NCBI GenBank assembly: GCA_965207375.1
Contig: OZ242274.1
Span: forward strand, 160,001-224,000
From: Nitrosopumilaceae archaeon
GTDB lineage: Archaea; Thermoproteota; Nitrososphaeria; Nitrososphaerales; Nitrosopumilaceae
DNA: 64,000 bases
Direction of reading: 5' to 3'
Shown: in pieces, positions 48,533 through 59,049 of the stretch
Numbering within the stretch: the stretch's first letter is position 1
Layout of the letters: the number at the start of each line of letters is the position of its first letter
Notes under the pieces: model-generated
The model's database searches: none
The model's input: only the letters and a program-made list of their open reading frames with translations
Told to the model about the DNA's origin: nothing
Position numbers and translations under genes: made by a program

Positions 48533-49327
48533 ATGATCAATAGACGAAAAATAATAAGAGATAATTATGGTAAAGAAAAAAACCCCAAGGAATTGATAAC
48601 AAGTTTTCTTGGACGTAATGAAAAGATGACATTTGGAGAAATAAAAAAAGAATTAAAGAACATGGACATCAGTTATGCAGACAATAAAGGATTGGATCTA
48701 GTTCTAAAGGCATTGATTGAAGACCATGTAATCAAAAAGCGTCCAGCAAAACCGTATCCACTATACTATCTGACCAACAAAGCAATCACAAACATTGACT
48801 GGATTGCAGATGAGTTTAAGCGAGAAATAGCAGGTAGGATTCTAAATCACCCTCATCAGCCAATGCTTATAACAGAAACAGAAGAGAGTCATAAAATACG
48901 AGACTTGATTCTGATTTATGGAGTGTACATGATGTATGTTCAGATTCAAAGCTGGAATATCGTAAATCCAAAGAAGAGTTCAAAATACAATCATGATGCT
49001 AGACGCTCATGGTTCATACATACAATTCTACATAACAACGAATCGCTCTTATTTGAAAAGATGATTACTAGGCTTTGTAATTGGGGTTTGGATCTTAGCG
49101 ATGAGGAATATGATGAGAAGAGGGCAATGATATATGAAAGTAAGAAGAAATTAAAAAAATTCAAAGAGATAGAAAAGACTTTCAAATTACAATACAAGCC
49201 ATATTATGATTTTTTTGATAAAGTGTACCAAAAGGCTCCAAAAGGTGCTAGAGGAGCACGAGACTGGATAAAAGAAATGCAAAGAAAAGAACGCACAAAG
49301 AAAAGACGTGAAGGTAAAAGGAAATAA
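48533..49327 (+). CDS. Winged-helix transcriptional regulator-like protein
   Basis: MTFGEIKKEL...LDLVLKALIEDHVIKK...YYLT wHTH. Confidence 0.65.
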   Translation: MINRRKIIRDNYGKEKNPKELITSFLGRNEKMTFGEIKKELKNMDISYADNKGLDLVLKALIEDHVIKKRPAKPYPLYYLTNKAITNIDWIADEFKREIAGRILNHPHQPMLITETEESHKIRDLILIYGVYMMYVQIQSWNIVNPKKSSKYNHDARRSWFIHTILHNNESLLFEKMITRLCNWGLDLSDEEYDEKRAMIYESKKKLKKFKEIEKTFKLQYKPYYDFFDKVYQKAPKGARGARDWIKEMQRKERTKKRREGKRK

Positions 49328-49608
49328 TATTGTAGATATGTATTAGATACTATACGTTATTGAATAATCTCAAATCTTATGATTCTAGACTAGACCAGAA
49401 ATAGGTATTTGGTACTTGTTCACGTAATCGAGTTAATTTGTGGCCAGATTGTGATGTAATGATTGACAAATTAGGTACGAGGTGAACAAGTACACTATTC
49501 TTTTTACATTTGTATTGACACAAGACCTAGACTCTACTAGGCGTGAATCTGAGCCATATCTGACTAAAATCCTCCCTTTTACCCCAAGACACACTTCATT
49601 TTTGACAG

Positions 49609-49628
49609 GAATCCCACTAGACCCGCTT
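49609..49628 (+). repeat. attR core
   Basis: GAATCCCACTAGACCCGCTT, identical to the tRNA-Lys 3' end. Confidence 0.9.
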
Positions 49629-49994
49629 GATCTTTCCAAAAAGTCCGAAAAACTCGCTACAAAAAAGACACCTGGAGAGATTAATTCAGAATCAACCCGC
49701 ACTCTGAAGAAAAACCAAAAAGACGCTGCCAAAAAGCCAGTACAAAATGGCACCGTCAATGTGGCTAAAAATCCAAAAGATACAAAAGCAAATTATGCTG
49801 TAATTGAAGAAATTTTAGGCACGGGCAATCCAGAGAAAATTTGCATATTGACTTTGTCCAACAGATAAAGCAGAAGAATCCGCAAAACAATTTATTTTTA
49901 TAATACTCTGTTGCATTATAACCATCGTCTATACTTGAATCCTTAGTGTGAGCAGTTTGCCGACTTCTAAGGCTCATGTGAGTATAGGCGTTTT

Positions 49995-50578
49995 TCATTT
50001 AAAATCATGTAATAGTGAAGATTTTACATCACTACTAATATCTAGTGTTGTTACTCCCTTGGGTTCTAGCCCACGATTATTGCACCATGCAACAACATCT
50101 GACAAATCATATGCTGAACCCTTGTAAACATATCTGAGGTTAGTATCTTTTGCAAACCTTATGCAATCACTATCACATTGAAAAAGTACATCTTCTAATC
50201 TTTGACTATGATCTAGGGTAAACCGTTGAAGTCTTTCTGCAATGTGTTGGAATACAGTTCGGTAATATGCACGAAAAATTTTTTCGGTAGGTATATTTTT
50301 TTCTTAATGCGTCTTAATGTTAGAATTTGATTTGTAATTATGTTCCTGTCAATTCGGATACAGAATGCAATATTGTTCTTGCCGTCAAATCTTAATCTAG
50401 ATACGATTGTATTTTGTTTATCACTATGTATATTTCGCATGTGTATGTGATCATATCCAAGGGTATCAAAAATTGCAGATATACTTTCTTCGGTTCCAAT
50501 CACAATTGCAATAAATTTGTCAAGAGAACCAGCATTTCCTGAAAAGTCCATCCCTCCAACAAGCATTATTGACCTCAC
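49995..50578 (-). pseudogene. DUF3800-like (RNase H fold) protein, frameshifted at an A7 run; paralog of 52127-52702
   Basis: Second frame continues ...FQCDSDCIRFAKD...SDVVAW, matching the paralog's FECDSDCVNFAKD...SDIVAW. Confidence 0.7.
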
Positions 50579-50630
50579 CTAATATCAAACGATTCTAGAT
50601 TTGAAAACGTAAACAAAATCTCGATAACTG

Positions 50631-51791
50631 TCATCTCAAACTCTCCGTAATTGCATCTTCCTTTTCCCGTACAAACTCTGCTGCCTGTGCAATGTCTGCA
50701 ACTGCAGTGTCAATGTCTTGTGGAGCAGTGTATCTTCCAAGAGATATTCTAATGGATTCGTCTGCTGCTGTTCTGTCTAGACCCATTGCTGTTAGAACAT
50801 GTGAGGGCTCCATGGTATTAGACGTACATGCACTTCCAGAAGATATCTCAATGTCTTTCGTATTAACTAGTACGGCATCTGCCTGTGCACCATGTATTCG
50901 TATATTTGATGTGTTAGGTAACCGCTCTGCTGTATCTCCATTCACTGTAACATTTGGAATTACATTCTTTATCTTTGACTCAAAATTATCTCGTAAAACA
51001 AGCATTTTTACTGATTCTTCTGGCATCTTTTTGTACGATACTGCACAGGCTACACCAAATCCTATGATTCCTGGCACATTTTGTGTTCCGCTACGCAAGC
51101 CGTTTTCCTGACCTCCGCCATAAATCAGCGGAGTGAGGTTTTTGCGCATATGACGTGATGCAACAAGTGCGCCTACTCCCTTGGGACCATACATCTTGTG
51201 ACTGCTCAGTGTAGCAATATCTATTCCAAGATCATGAATATCTACTGGAATCTTGCCTGCAGCCTGCGTAATGTCGCTGTGTAGTATGGCACCTGCATCA
51301 TGAACAATTTTGGAGATCTCCTTGATTGGGTTTATCACGCCTGTCTCACTGTTTGCAAGCATTACTGAAACTAAATCAGTCTCATATTCTAGTGCCGTGT
51401 TTAATTCGTCAAAATTGATTGTACCATTAGGATTTACCGGAACAGGTAATGTCTCTAATCCAAATCGTCCCATGTGTATGCATGGTTCTATTACTGACTT
51501 GTGTTCTGTGGTCCCATACAAGACTCTATGATTATTTTCAAGATCTAATCCAAGTGATGATATTATCATATTGTTGGCCTCTGTAGCCCCTGATGTGAAA
51601 ATAACATCACCTGAATTTGCGCCAATCAAAATGGCTACATTCTCTCGTGCATCATCTATCATATCTGTGGCAAACATTCCTGATTCATGTGGACTAGAAG
51701 GATTTGCAAAGTCTTTATCAAAGGCAGACATCATAGAATCAATTACTGTTTTGTCTACTGGGGTTGTGGCGTTGTAATCAAGATATACCAT
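50631..51791 (-). CDS. Cysteine desulfurase (IscS/DndA/SspA-like)
   Basis: YLDYNATT, SSHKMYGPKG and SSGSACTS motifs. Confidence 0.93.
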   Translation of the reverse strand: MVYLDYNATTPVDKTVIDSMMSAFDKDFANPSSPHESGMFATDMIDDARENVAILIGANSGDVIFTSGATEANNMIISSLGLDLENNHRVLYGTTEHKSVIEPCIHMGRFGLETLPVPVNPNGTINFDELNTALEYETDLVSVMLANSETGVINPIKEISKIVHDAGAILHSDITQAAGKIPVDIHDLGIDIATLSSHKMYGPKGVGALVASRHMRKNLTPLIYGGGQENGLRSGTQNVPGIIGFGVACAVSYKKMPEESVKMLVLRDNFESKIKNVIPNVTVNGDTAERLPNTSNIRIHGAQADAVLVNTKDIEISSGSACTSNTMEPSHVLTAMGLDRTAADESIRISLGRYTAPQDIDTAVADIAQAAEFVREKEDAITESLR

Positions 51792-52126
51792 GAGTATATT
51801 CGGAGAAGATTCCATTAAAGCATTTACTACATGTTAAAAGTTGACAACGATCAGATATTGTATCTAGCTTGGGTTTTTCTAAATTAACTGCTGGTGGTAG
51901 AGATCAAATATCTGAGTTGCACCTGTCTAGTTTACAACAGGTGCAGACAAATCAATTACAGTAAGCAGAGTATCAAATTTTACCAACATTTAATGCAGAA
52001 GAACCAAACAAACAATGATTTAATATATGAGAATAATGTTTTATTATTTGCACGTAATCGAATCCTGCGGGCCAACATTGCGTTGGCGAACCGTGGGCTC
52101 ATGTGATTATTGTGCATTTGATTTAT

Positions 52127-52702
52127 TCATATGTTTTTCAATATGGTGGAAATTTTATTTCTAAGATCAAGTTGTATTACGCCATCTGATTCGATGTTTT
52201 TATTGTTAGCCCATGCAACAATATCCGATATCATGTGAATCTTTCCTTTGTTAGTAAATGGTAAACTGACATCCTTGGCAAAATTTACACAATCACTATC
52301 ACATTCAAAAATAATATCAGATATTGTATAATCATATTTGCTTAGAAATTCTAAAATTGGATTTCGTAATTGTTTGAATAATGCCCGATTAAATAGATAA
52401 TAAATTCGGCCTTTGGAAATATTTTTCTGTTTAGTTTTTCGTAATTGATTTATTTTGTTAACTATCACATATCTGTCTATTCTGATACAAAATGCAATAT
52501 TATTTTCACTATCAAACGACAATTTAGAAATAATCTGAGATTGTTTTTTCTTATTGAAATTGCTCATGTGAATATGATTATGGCCTAATTTTTTAAAAAT
52601 TGATGAAATACTTTCGTCGGTACCTATAACAATTGCTAAAAATTTGTCATTTCCAAATGTAGGATCTCCTGAGGAATCCATTGCAGCTACGAGTTTATTC
52701 AT
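52127..52702 (-). CDS. DUF3800-like hypothetical protein
   Basis: MDSSG and SDIVAW acidic motifs. Confidence 0.6.
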   Translation of the reverse strand: MNKLVAAMDSSGDPTFGNDKFLAIVIGTDESISSIFKKLGHNHIHMSNFNKKKQSQIISKLSFDSENNIAFCIRIDRYVIVNKINQLRKTKQKNISKGRIYYLFNRALFKQLRNPILEFLSKYDYTISDIIFECDSDCVNFAKDVSLPFTNKGKIHMISDIVAWANNKNIESDGVIQLDLRNKISTILKNI

Positions 52703-52707
52703 GTTTT

Positions 52708-54222
52708 TTATTTTGCCATAGCACTCAGCATAGCAATTAAGGCCTCCGTATCCTTTTTTGTAAATCTTTTTGTTTTCACATCTTTGATTATTTTAGTTGC
52801 AACATCTTTGATCCTTTTCTCTTGTTCTGGTTTTACAGATATTATATTATGATACTCACTTCCATCTGCATGTGTTACAGTTACCTGATATGACGGTTTT
52901 GCAAAATTATCAGATACATCTGCAAAGTGCATAGATGCGAGTCGGTTGAATTTACCAGACATTTCTGCCAAATTATTCTCAAATAGTTCCAGCTGATCAT
53001 CATTCCATGACATCGGAGGCACATCAGTAAGGCTCAAAGCTACATAGCTTATCCAGTCTTCATCTCGGTCTATAGTATCTGCAGACACAGCAGTTAGAAA
53101 CACCTTCATTTTATGATCAGTTACACCTTGCAACATAGTTGATGCTGTCTTGGAGAGTTTTTCTCTATCCTCAATTCCGGTAACATCAAACAATGTTTTT
53201 TTCATATTGTACAGCATATCAGAGAATGTATTTTGCAGTGTTACCTTGGATTTTGTGAGGGTTTTTGAAAACTTTGCAATCTCTGATTCAGACATCTTTG
53301 AGCCAAATGCAAGTACCTTTGGAAGCGACTCAAACAGTAATGTGTCAGGTTCTGTTGCTGCAAGAACTGCTTCACGCACGGCAATAGCATTTTTGTCTAG
53401 CTTTTTTGTCTGCTTTGCATATGGTACCAAAGCAGAAACAGTTCGAACTAAATGAGATACTACATCTAACACACTGCCTTTTGAATTTATATCAAAATCT
53501 TTGATTACTGTGCCAAGTAACTGCTTTTTTGAAACAGTACTTTTGAAATATTTTAGCTCAAAATGTGCAGGATTTTTTATCATTCGCTCAACTGTCTCTA
53601 TTGCAAGCTTTGGAGAATATGTCCCATGCTCATACAGTGCAATGTTATTTTTGTATATCAGCAAAATTGTGACAATTATAATATCAATTACTCCTGTCTT
53701 CACGCCGTATGGTGGCATCTTGCACATCTGGTGTATCAAATACAATGGTACACGTTTTTTGGAGTTTTTTAACATGGCCAATATGTTTTCCCAAACAGGA
53801 TACAACGTGTTATCCTTTTTGGGTGGTAATAGATTCCATTCAAGATTTGAATTTACAATATGAATTTTATTTTTTATGAAAATTGCCTCGTATACTGCAC
53901 GCTCTGGTCCATACCCCTGTATTCCAAAACGTACCTTGTTAGTATTAGATATCATTTCTTCTAGTAATTTTCGCTTTGCAGCAGAACCCTGTGTTGATAG
54001 AACTGTACGGTTTATCATCTCGTTGTGTATCATTGGTGTTTTCAGATATACCTCATCACTTACTATAGACGCAATAGTGCTAGGTGTTCCTTCTAGTTTT
54101 TTATTATTATATGACCACTTTGCAGAATCGCCATACGTTTTTCCATCACATAGTATTGAATTTCCTATGACAATTGTTCCCCAAGGTCTGATTTGTACAA
54201 TATCGTTTATGTTTAGAGTCAT
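52708..54222 (-). pseudogene. C-terminal half of an SspC-like ATPase (no P-loop)
   Basis: EMINR..LSTQGSAAKRKLLEEM, GIQGYGPERAVYE, PPYGVK.G, ALYEHG; N-terminal ATPase domain absent. Confidence 0.6.
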
Positions 54223-54235
54223 TTTACAGAATTGC

Positions 54236-54952
54236 TTATTTGATTATATATTCAGTTATTTTGTCATATTCCAATCCTAATGCTAAAATTTTTTGTTTGT
54301 ATTTTTTATATTCTGATTCCTTAAATACAATTCCTATGTTATTGCCCCTTTGATGAATTTTTTCAACATGTGTAATTCCAAGTCTGTCTCTTAGATTTTT
54401 TTCTAATATTCTCAAAGAATTTGTTTGTAGCAAGTATGCATCTTGTTCCAACTTTATTTGCATCTGTGGAGAAATAGAAATTACAACAAGATATTCATTT
54501 ATGATTTGTGGTCTCGCATTAGTTGTTTTTTGAATTACCTCTTTTAATGATATGTCATGTTTCTTATAAAACGATATTATGTGCAGTACGTCTTTTTCAG
54601 AAATACTTTGTTTTGAGGTCTCTGAAAACAGTAACATTTGATCCTCTTTTTTATCTAGAGTGGATATGTGACTTGCAGCAGAAAAACCAACGCCTAAATC
54701 ATTAGATTCTCCCCATGTTATAGCATCATGATATTTTTCTGGTAATTTCAAGAGGCGCGTAAAAGTGCTAATATTGCCTTTTGTCAGAGGCAAAATGTCA
54801 GGGATGACTTGTTCTCCTTCTTCACTTATTAATCTTTGAATTTGATGTGCAACTTCAATGGTAGATAAAACGCGTTTGAGATTGGTATTTGCAATTTTAA
54901 TACTAGATAATAATTTTGCATATTCTTTATTATCGGTAATTAATCGCGACAA
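54236..54952 (-). CDS. ParB-like HTH/C-terminal domain protein
   Basis: LSTIEVAH...RLLKLPE pattern of ParB HTH regions. Confidence 0.55.
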   Translation of the reverse strand: MSRLITDNKEYAKLLSSIKIANTNLKRVLSTIEVAHQIQRLISEEGEQVIPDILPLTKGNISTFTRLLKLPEKYHDAITWGESNDLGVGFSAASHISTLDKKEDQMLLFSETSKQSISEKDVLHIISFYKKHDISLKEVIQKTTNARPQIINEYLVVISISPQMQIKLEQDAYLLQTNSLRILEKNLRDRLGITHVEKIHQRGNNIGIVFKESEYKKYKQKILALGLEYDKITEYIIK

Positions 54953-54953
54953 T

Positions 54954-55792
54954 TTAATCTCCTGACTCTCTCAAGCCGTCTAGGATTAAATTTACAGCAG
55001 CAGAAGATCTAGTTTCTTCATTATTTTTTGCGTATTTGTCTAGTCTTTCCATATCTGATGATTGTAAATCTATAGTGAGTTGTTGGCTAGTATTTACTAT
55101 TCCATCCTTTAACAATTCGTCATTTGTTGCATTAGGATTGTTCTCTCCATATTGTTGTATATTGTCGATCTGTTTGTATGTCAAGTTATTTTGATGGATT
55201 TGTTTTGCAAGATCCAAAATATCATTTCCATTATCTTCTGATGTTGCACCTTTTACAAACATCTTGGCATCAGTTGCCCTCATTGCAAGCTCTATTGGTA
55301 TTTCACCACGTTCTACTGCTTCTCGTACAACATCTGGAGTACGTGGTAATTTAATACATGCCTTTACCTCTTTGTGTGAAATTCCTAACTCTGTTGCGAT
55401 CTCTTTTTGGCTATATTTTTGAGAATGCATGTTAACCACATGTCTTATTTTGTCTTTGTTTTGCATCTTTTGCCTTGCTTCGTTTTCAAGCCAAGAAATT
55501 GTTGTTGCTATCATGTTATCTTTAGGTTTTTCAATAATTATAGCAAGAATTTCATTCCATTGTAATATATTTTTGTATGCTAGATATCTTCTTTGTCCAA
55601 CAATTAATTCATAATCGTTTCCATCTGAATATACTACAATAGGTTGAATTAAACCAACTTTACGTATCTGTTCTGCAAAACGTTCTAGACCTTTTGTTAC
55701 TTGAAATTGCCTTGCTTGAATACTTCCCATCTTGATTTTATCCACTGGTATTTTTTTGTTTCAATAACTTTGATTATTACATCTTCAGGCAT
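54954..55792 (-). CDS. ParB/RepB/Spo0J family protein (5' end frameshifted at A7, or starts at GTG 55745)
   Basis: GLIQPIVV, ELIVGQRRYLA, ENEAR and HTH motifs. Confidence 0.8.
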
Positions 55793-55911
55793 ATAGTGTC
55801 ATGTAATACACACCAACATAATTAATTTATCTCTCAATTGATTCTTCTGCTTTATCTGTTGGTCAAAGTCAATATGCAAATTTTCTCCGAATTGCCTGTG
55901 CCTAAAATTTC

Positions 55912-57605
55912 GTAACAGATCGACCTTCTGAAGTTACTCTGGTTTTTAGATGATCCATGAAACTGCATGCAAAACCCTAGTGCAGTTTACGACAATGAAC
56001 CGGCACAGAACATATCCAGACTATAGAAATGATCATACAGCATCAAATTTTGTGTATTATACACTGTACATTTGATTATATCATGCAGCAACTGTGACTT
56101 TTGGCATGGGGATTTCTTTGATATTGCCACGCAGATACTCCTTGACGAAATGATACGGATTTACATCGCGCCTTTCACATGTGGCAAATATGCTTTGACG
56201 TATCTCTGTGGTTTTGAGGCCTTTCTCTGAGCGACTACCGTAGAATACTTTTCGCATTATGGCAAATATGCGCATTGCCTGCTCGCTTGCGTTGTTGTGG
56301 TACGGCACGCCATCATATTTTAGAAATGTCAGCAAAGAGTTACCCTCACGCTTTAGTCGCTTTACATATATGAGACAATCTTCATCCTCATATGTTCCTG
56401 TAGCAAGTGCATTGATTCTTTTTTGCAGTTTGGTTATACTGCCCTTTGCAATGTCCTGTACTGTGTCATGTTTTTTGCCAAGCTTTATTGCAGATTTTAG
56501 TATCTTGTATAGTTCATCAAAGAAGCTCTGAAATTCTTTTTTGTCATTTTTTTCAAGCGTTCTGTACATGTCCCTGAAATAGTGTAGCAGGCATTTTTGA
56601 AGTATGTCTGCAACACTCCATCCAGGATGAGAGTCACCCATTAGTATGCCCTCAAAATCCTTTAGAAACGTCTCAGATACCATTTTGCTTCTAGATTGTG
56701 AGATGTGATATACTACCGTGTATATCGAATGAAACACCCATGCCCAGCATAGTTTGCCGTTTAGATACCATCCTGTTTCATCACCTCCTACGATTTTTGC
56801 CTTGGTAATCTCATCAAGAAGCGAATAGTAGAGCGGTTCTAGGCATTTTGAGGCTTGCGCATCAAGTCTTTCTAGTGTAGAGATTGCCATATTTTTGCCG
56901 TAAAACATCTGCAAGAGTTTCTGTATTTTGCCATACGATATAGTCAGGTGTCTCATTGTAGAAATTCTTGCCATTATAGTGATGCTAAATTTTTCATTGG
57001 ACAAAAAGTCAACAGGTTTTGCATATTGCATTTGTGCACATTTTTTGCAGTATCTGCCTACAATGGTCATATTGACGTTAGACCATTTGCCGTCTATTAT
57101 TGATTCACCGTTTCTGGTGTATTTGCTTGATGAATCTGCAAGAGCATTACCACATTGTGGACAAAACTTGTGATCTATGGTTAGATTGTTAGTCTCAGAT
57201 TCTTGCTGTGTATATTTTGGCTGTGTCTTTTGTTTTTTGATCTTTGGGTATCCCTTGTACTCTCTGGTGTTATAGCTACTGACATGACTGGATCTTGTTT
57301 TTTTCTTTTGCAGCTTTGCTATGAGTTTTTTTAGTTGAACCATTTCTTCTTTTAGCTGTTTATTTTCTGCAATCACTTGTTCACTTTTTACATCTTTTAG
57401 ATGATTGTCTTTTTGTAGATCTTTAATTTGTTTATCCATTTGATCAAATTTTTCAGTAAGAACCTCGAAAAGCCTGTTGACATCGGGATTCTTCCAATCT
57501 ATTCCCTCAAGATCAAATCCTGGCAGCATATTTTATGCTGATAGTGGTGATCCTTATGCTTTACTGCCTGACTATATAAGGAACTTTAGAAAGTGGGAAT
57601 GTTAC
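55912..57605 (-). mobile_element. IS66-family insertion sequence (single-ORF type)
   Basis: Ends GTAACAGATCGACCTTCTGAAGTT and (rc) GTAACATTCCCACTTTCTAAAGTT; no TSD seen. Confidence 0.85.
56081..57529 (-). CDS. IS66 transposase TnpC
   Basis: Coiled coil, CPQCG zinc finger, GDETGW, QKCLLH and NNASEQAMR motifs. Confidence 0.9.
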   Translation of the reverse strand: MLPGFDLEGIDWKNPDVNRLFEVLTEKFDQMDKQIKDLQKDNHLKDVKSEQVIAENKQLKEEMVQLKKLIAKLQKKKTRSSHVSSYNTREYKGYPKIKKQKTQPKYTQQESETNNLTIDHKFCPQCGNALADSSSKYTRNGESIIDGKWSNVNMTIVGRYCKKCAQMQYAKPVDFLSNEKFSITIMARISTMRHLTISYGKIQKLLQMFYGKNMAISTLERLDAQASKCLEPLYYSLLDEITKAKIVGGDETGWYLNGKLCWAWVFHSIYTVVYHISQSRSKMVSETFLKDFEGILMGDSHPGWSVADILQKCLLHYFRDMYRTLEKNDKKEFQSFFDELYKILKSAIKLGKKHDTVQDIAKGSITKLQKRINALATGTYEDEDCLIYVKRLKREGNSLLTFLKYDGVPYHNNASEQAMRIFAIMRKVFYGSRSEKGLKTTEIRQSIFATCERRDVNPYHFVKEYLRGNIKEIPMPKVTVAA

Positions 57606-58075
57606 GAGAAATCTGGCTAGTGCAAACTTGTACGTATTATTCTTATGTGGAGTTTTTAATACCTCCATAAATTTGGCTTGAAATTCTGAATCATCTACAA
57701 GTCTGAACTTCATTGTATCATATCGATGTTATCTCTTTTTAAATTATTTTACTTTTGATGTGACATGTTCAAAAATATGACACCTTGCAAATACAATCTA
57801 AATTAGTCCAAAAAAATTTTTTTTGTGACAGCTGATCCTTTTGGATACCTATAATGGTTTTCAATCACAATACAAAGACAGCAATCATTGAAACAAATCT
57901 CTACAATGACATCCAAACATCTAGGGCATCTGATTGTACGTAGAGCTTGTCTGCAAAGTTTGGATCAAACACACATCCCTTACAGAAAACTTTAATCAAA
58001 AACCACATGTTTTGTATAATATTGAATATCAAAATACTGCTCAATAAGATAAAGTTGCGGGGTCCAAAGACAAGC

Positions 58076-58825
58076 ATGAATACAATAGAATCCCTCCTAG
58101 AATCAAGAGAAGAGTCATTTTTCCACTTGGCCCAATTTGTGACTTGCCGTGAAAGCTGGAATAATCCCAACATTCATGGCTGGTCGCCGTATTGTGCACT
58201 TAGTATACTAGCAAAGATGCATAGCTATGGCGCACTGCTTGCAATAAACACAGCCATGATTTACTATACAAAACATGCACATGATTGGATAATTATAGAT
58301 GCGCCTAACATATTGGCACACTTTGGACCAGATTTCATACGACCCATAACTGCACTTATGTGGCACACAGGTGCAGACATATTGATACGAACTCGTGCCG
58401 AGATTGCACTGCTTGTTATTGCTAAAAGCCATCCAGAAACCAAACATCAGATAGTCGAATCCATAAAGGCATGCGCAATGGCAGAATCTAACATCAAGAA
58501 CAGAGATCAAATCCTAGGTTACATGCTTTACATAGATGAGCCTGAAATGCACAAATATCTACATGAATTAATGGATGAGGGCCATGCAACAGACGACTGT
58601 TATAATCTGTATCATTTCAACGATGGCAGTGGTCATGACTTTAAGATACATTTGGAAAGAGCAAAGGATCCGTTACTGTTTTTTGAGGTTGGCAAGCATA
58701 TGCCTCCCAACAATCCCAAATCTACTGTATCTCTACAGGAAGGAACTAAGCGCAAGGTGGGTAGAAACGATCCATGTGCGTGTGGCTCTGGTATAAAATA
58801 CAAGAAATGCTGTCTACGCAATTAG
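58076..58825 (+). CDS. Helical-repeat protein with C-terminal SEC-C motif
   Basis: KVGRNDPCACGSGIKYKKCC. Confidence 0.8.
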   Translation: MNTIESLLESREESFFHLAQFVTCRESWNNPNIHGWSPYCALSILAKMHSYGALLAINTAMIYYTKHAHDWIIIDAPNILAHFGPDFIRPITALMWHTGADILIRTRAEIALLVIAKSHPETKHQIVESIKACAMAESNIKNRDQILGYMLYIDEPEMHKYLHELMDEGHATDDCYNLYHFNDGSGHDFKIHLERAKDPLLFFEVGKHMPPNNPKSTVSLQEGTKRKVGRNDPCACGSGIKYKKCCLRN

Positions 58826-59049
58826 TTTCAGTGTGGTCTACTCCAAAATCATGGTGTTACCTCAGCATAATTCTGAGAGGTGATTCATAATTAGAAAACC
58901 ACGCCTAATAAGAGCAAAAATCCGTGCCTAGATCTAAATACGAATCATATTTCTGATACAAACACGTACTGTTATCAAAATGCAATCTCTTTTTTGTACA
59001 AGAACTACAAACACAAAATATAACAAGCTTATATTACAATCTTTTATTT

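Larger units (their letters stand above)
13014..49628. mobile_element. ~36.6-kb integrated element (provirus-derived or satellite-like island) in tRNA-Lys
   Basis: 20-bp direct repeat GAATCCCACTAGACCCGCTT at 13014-13033 and 49609-49628; adjacent integrase; accessory cargo including terminase. Confidence 0.9.

Noticed and set aside
49433-49998. ORFs 49482-49868, 49433-49759 and 49765-49998
   Set aside because: They span or abut attR and have no recognisable motifs; probably spurious or fragments
50631-51791. Housekeeping iscS / Fe-S cluster operon
   Set aside because: No iscU or suf neighbours; the context is defence-island-like, so no gene symbol was assigned
58740-58825. SEC-C motif suggesting secA
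   Set aside because: Only the short zinc motif is present and there are no SecA ATPase domains
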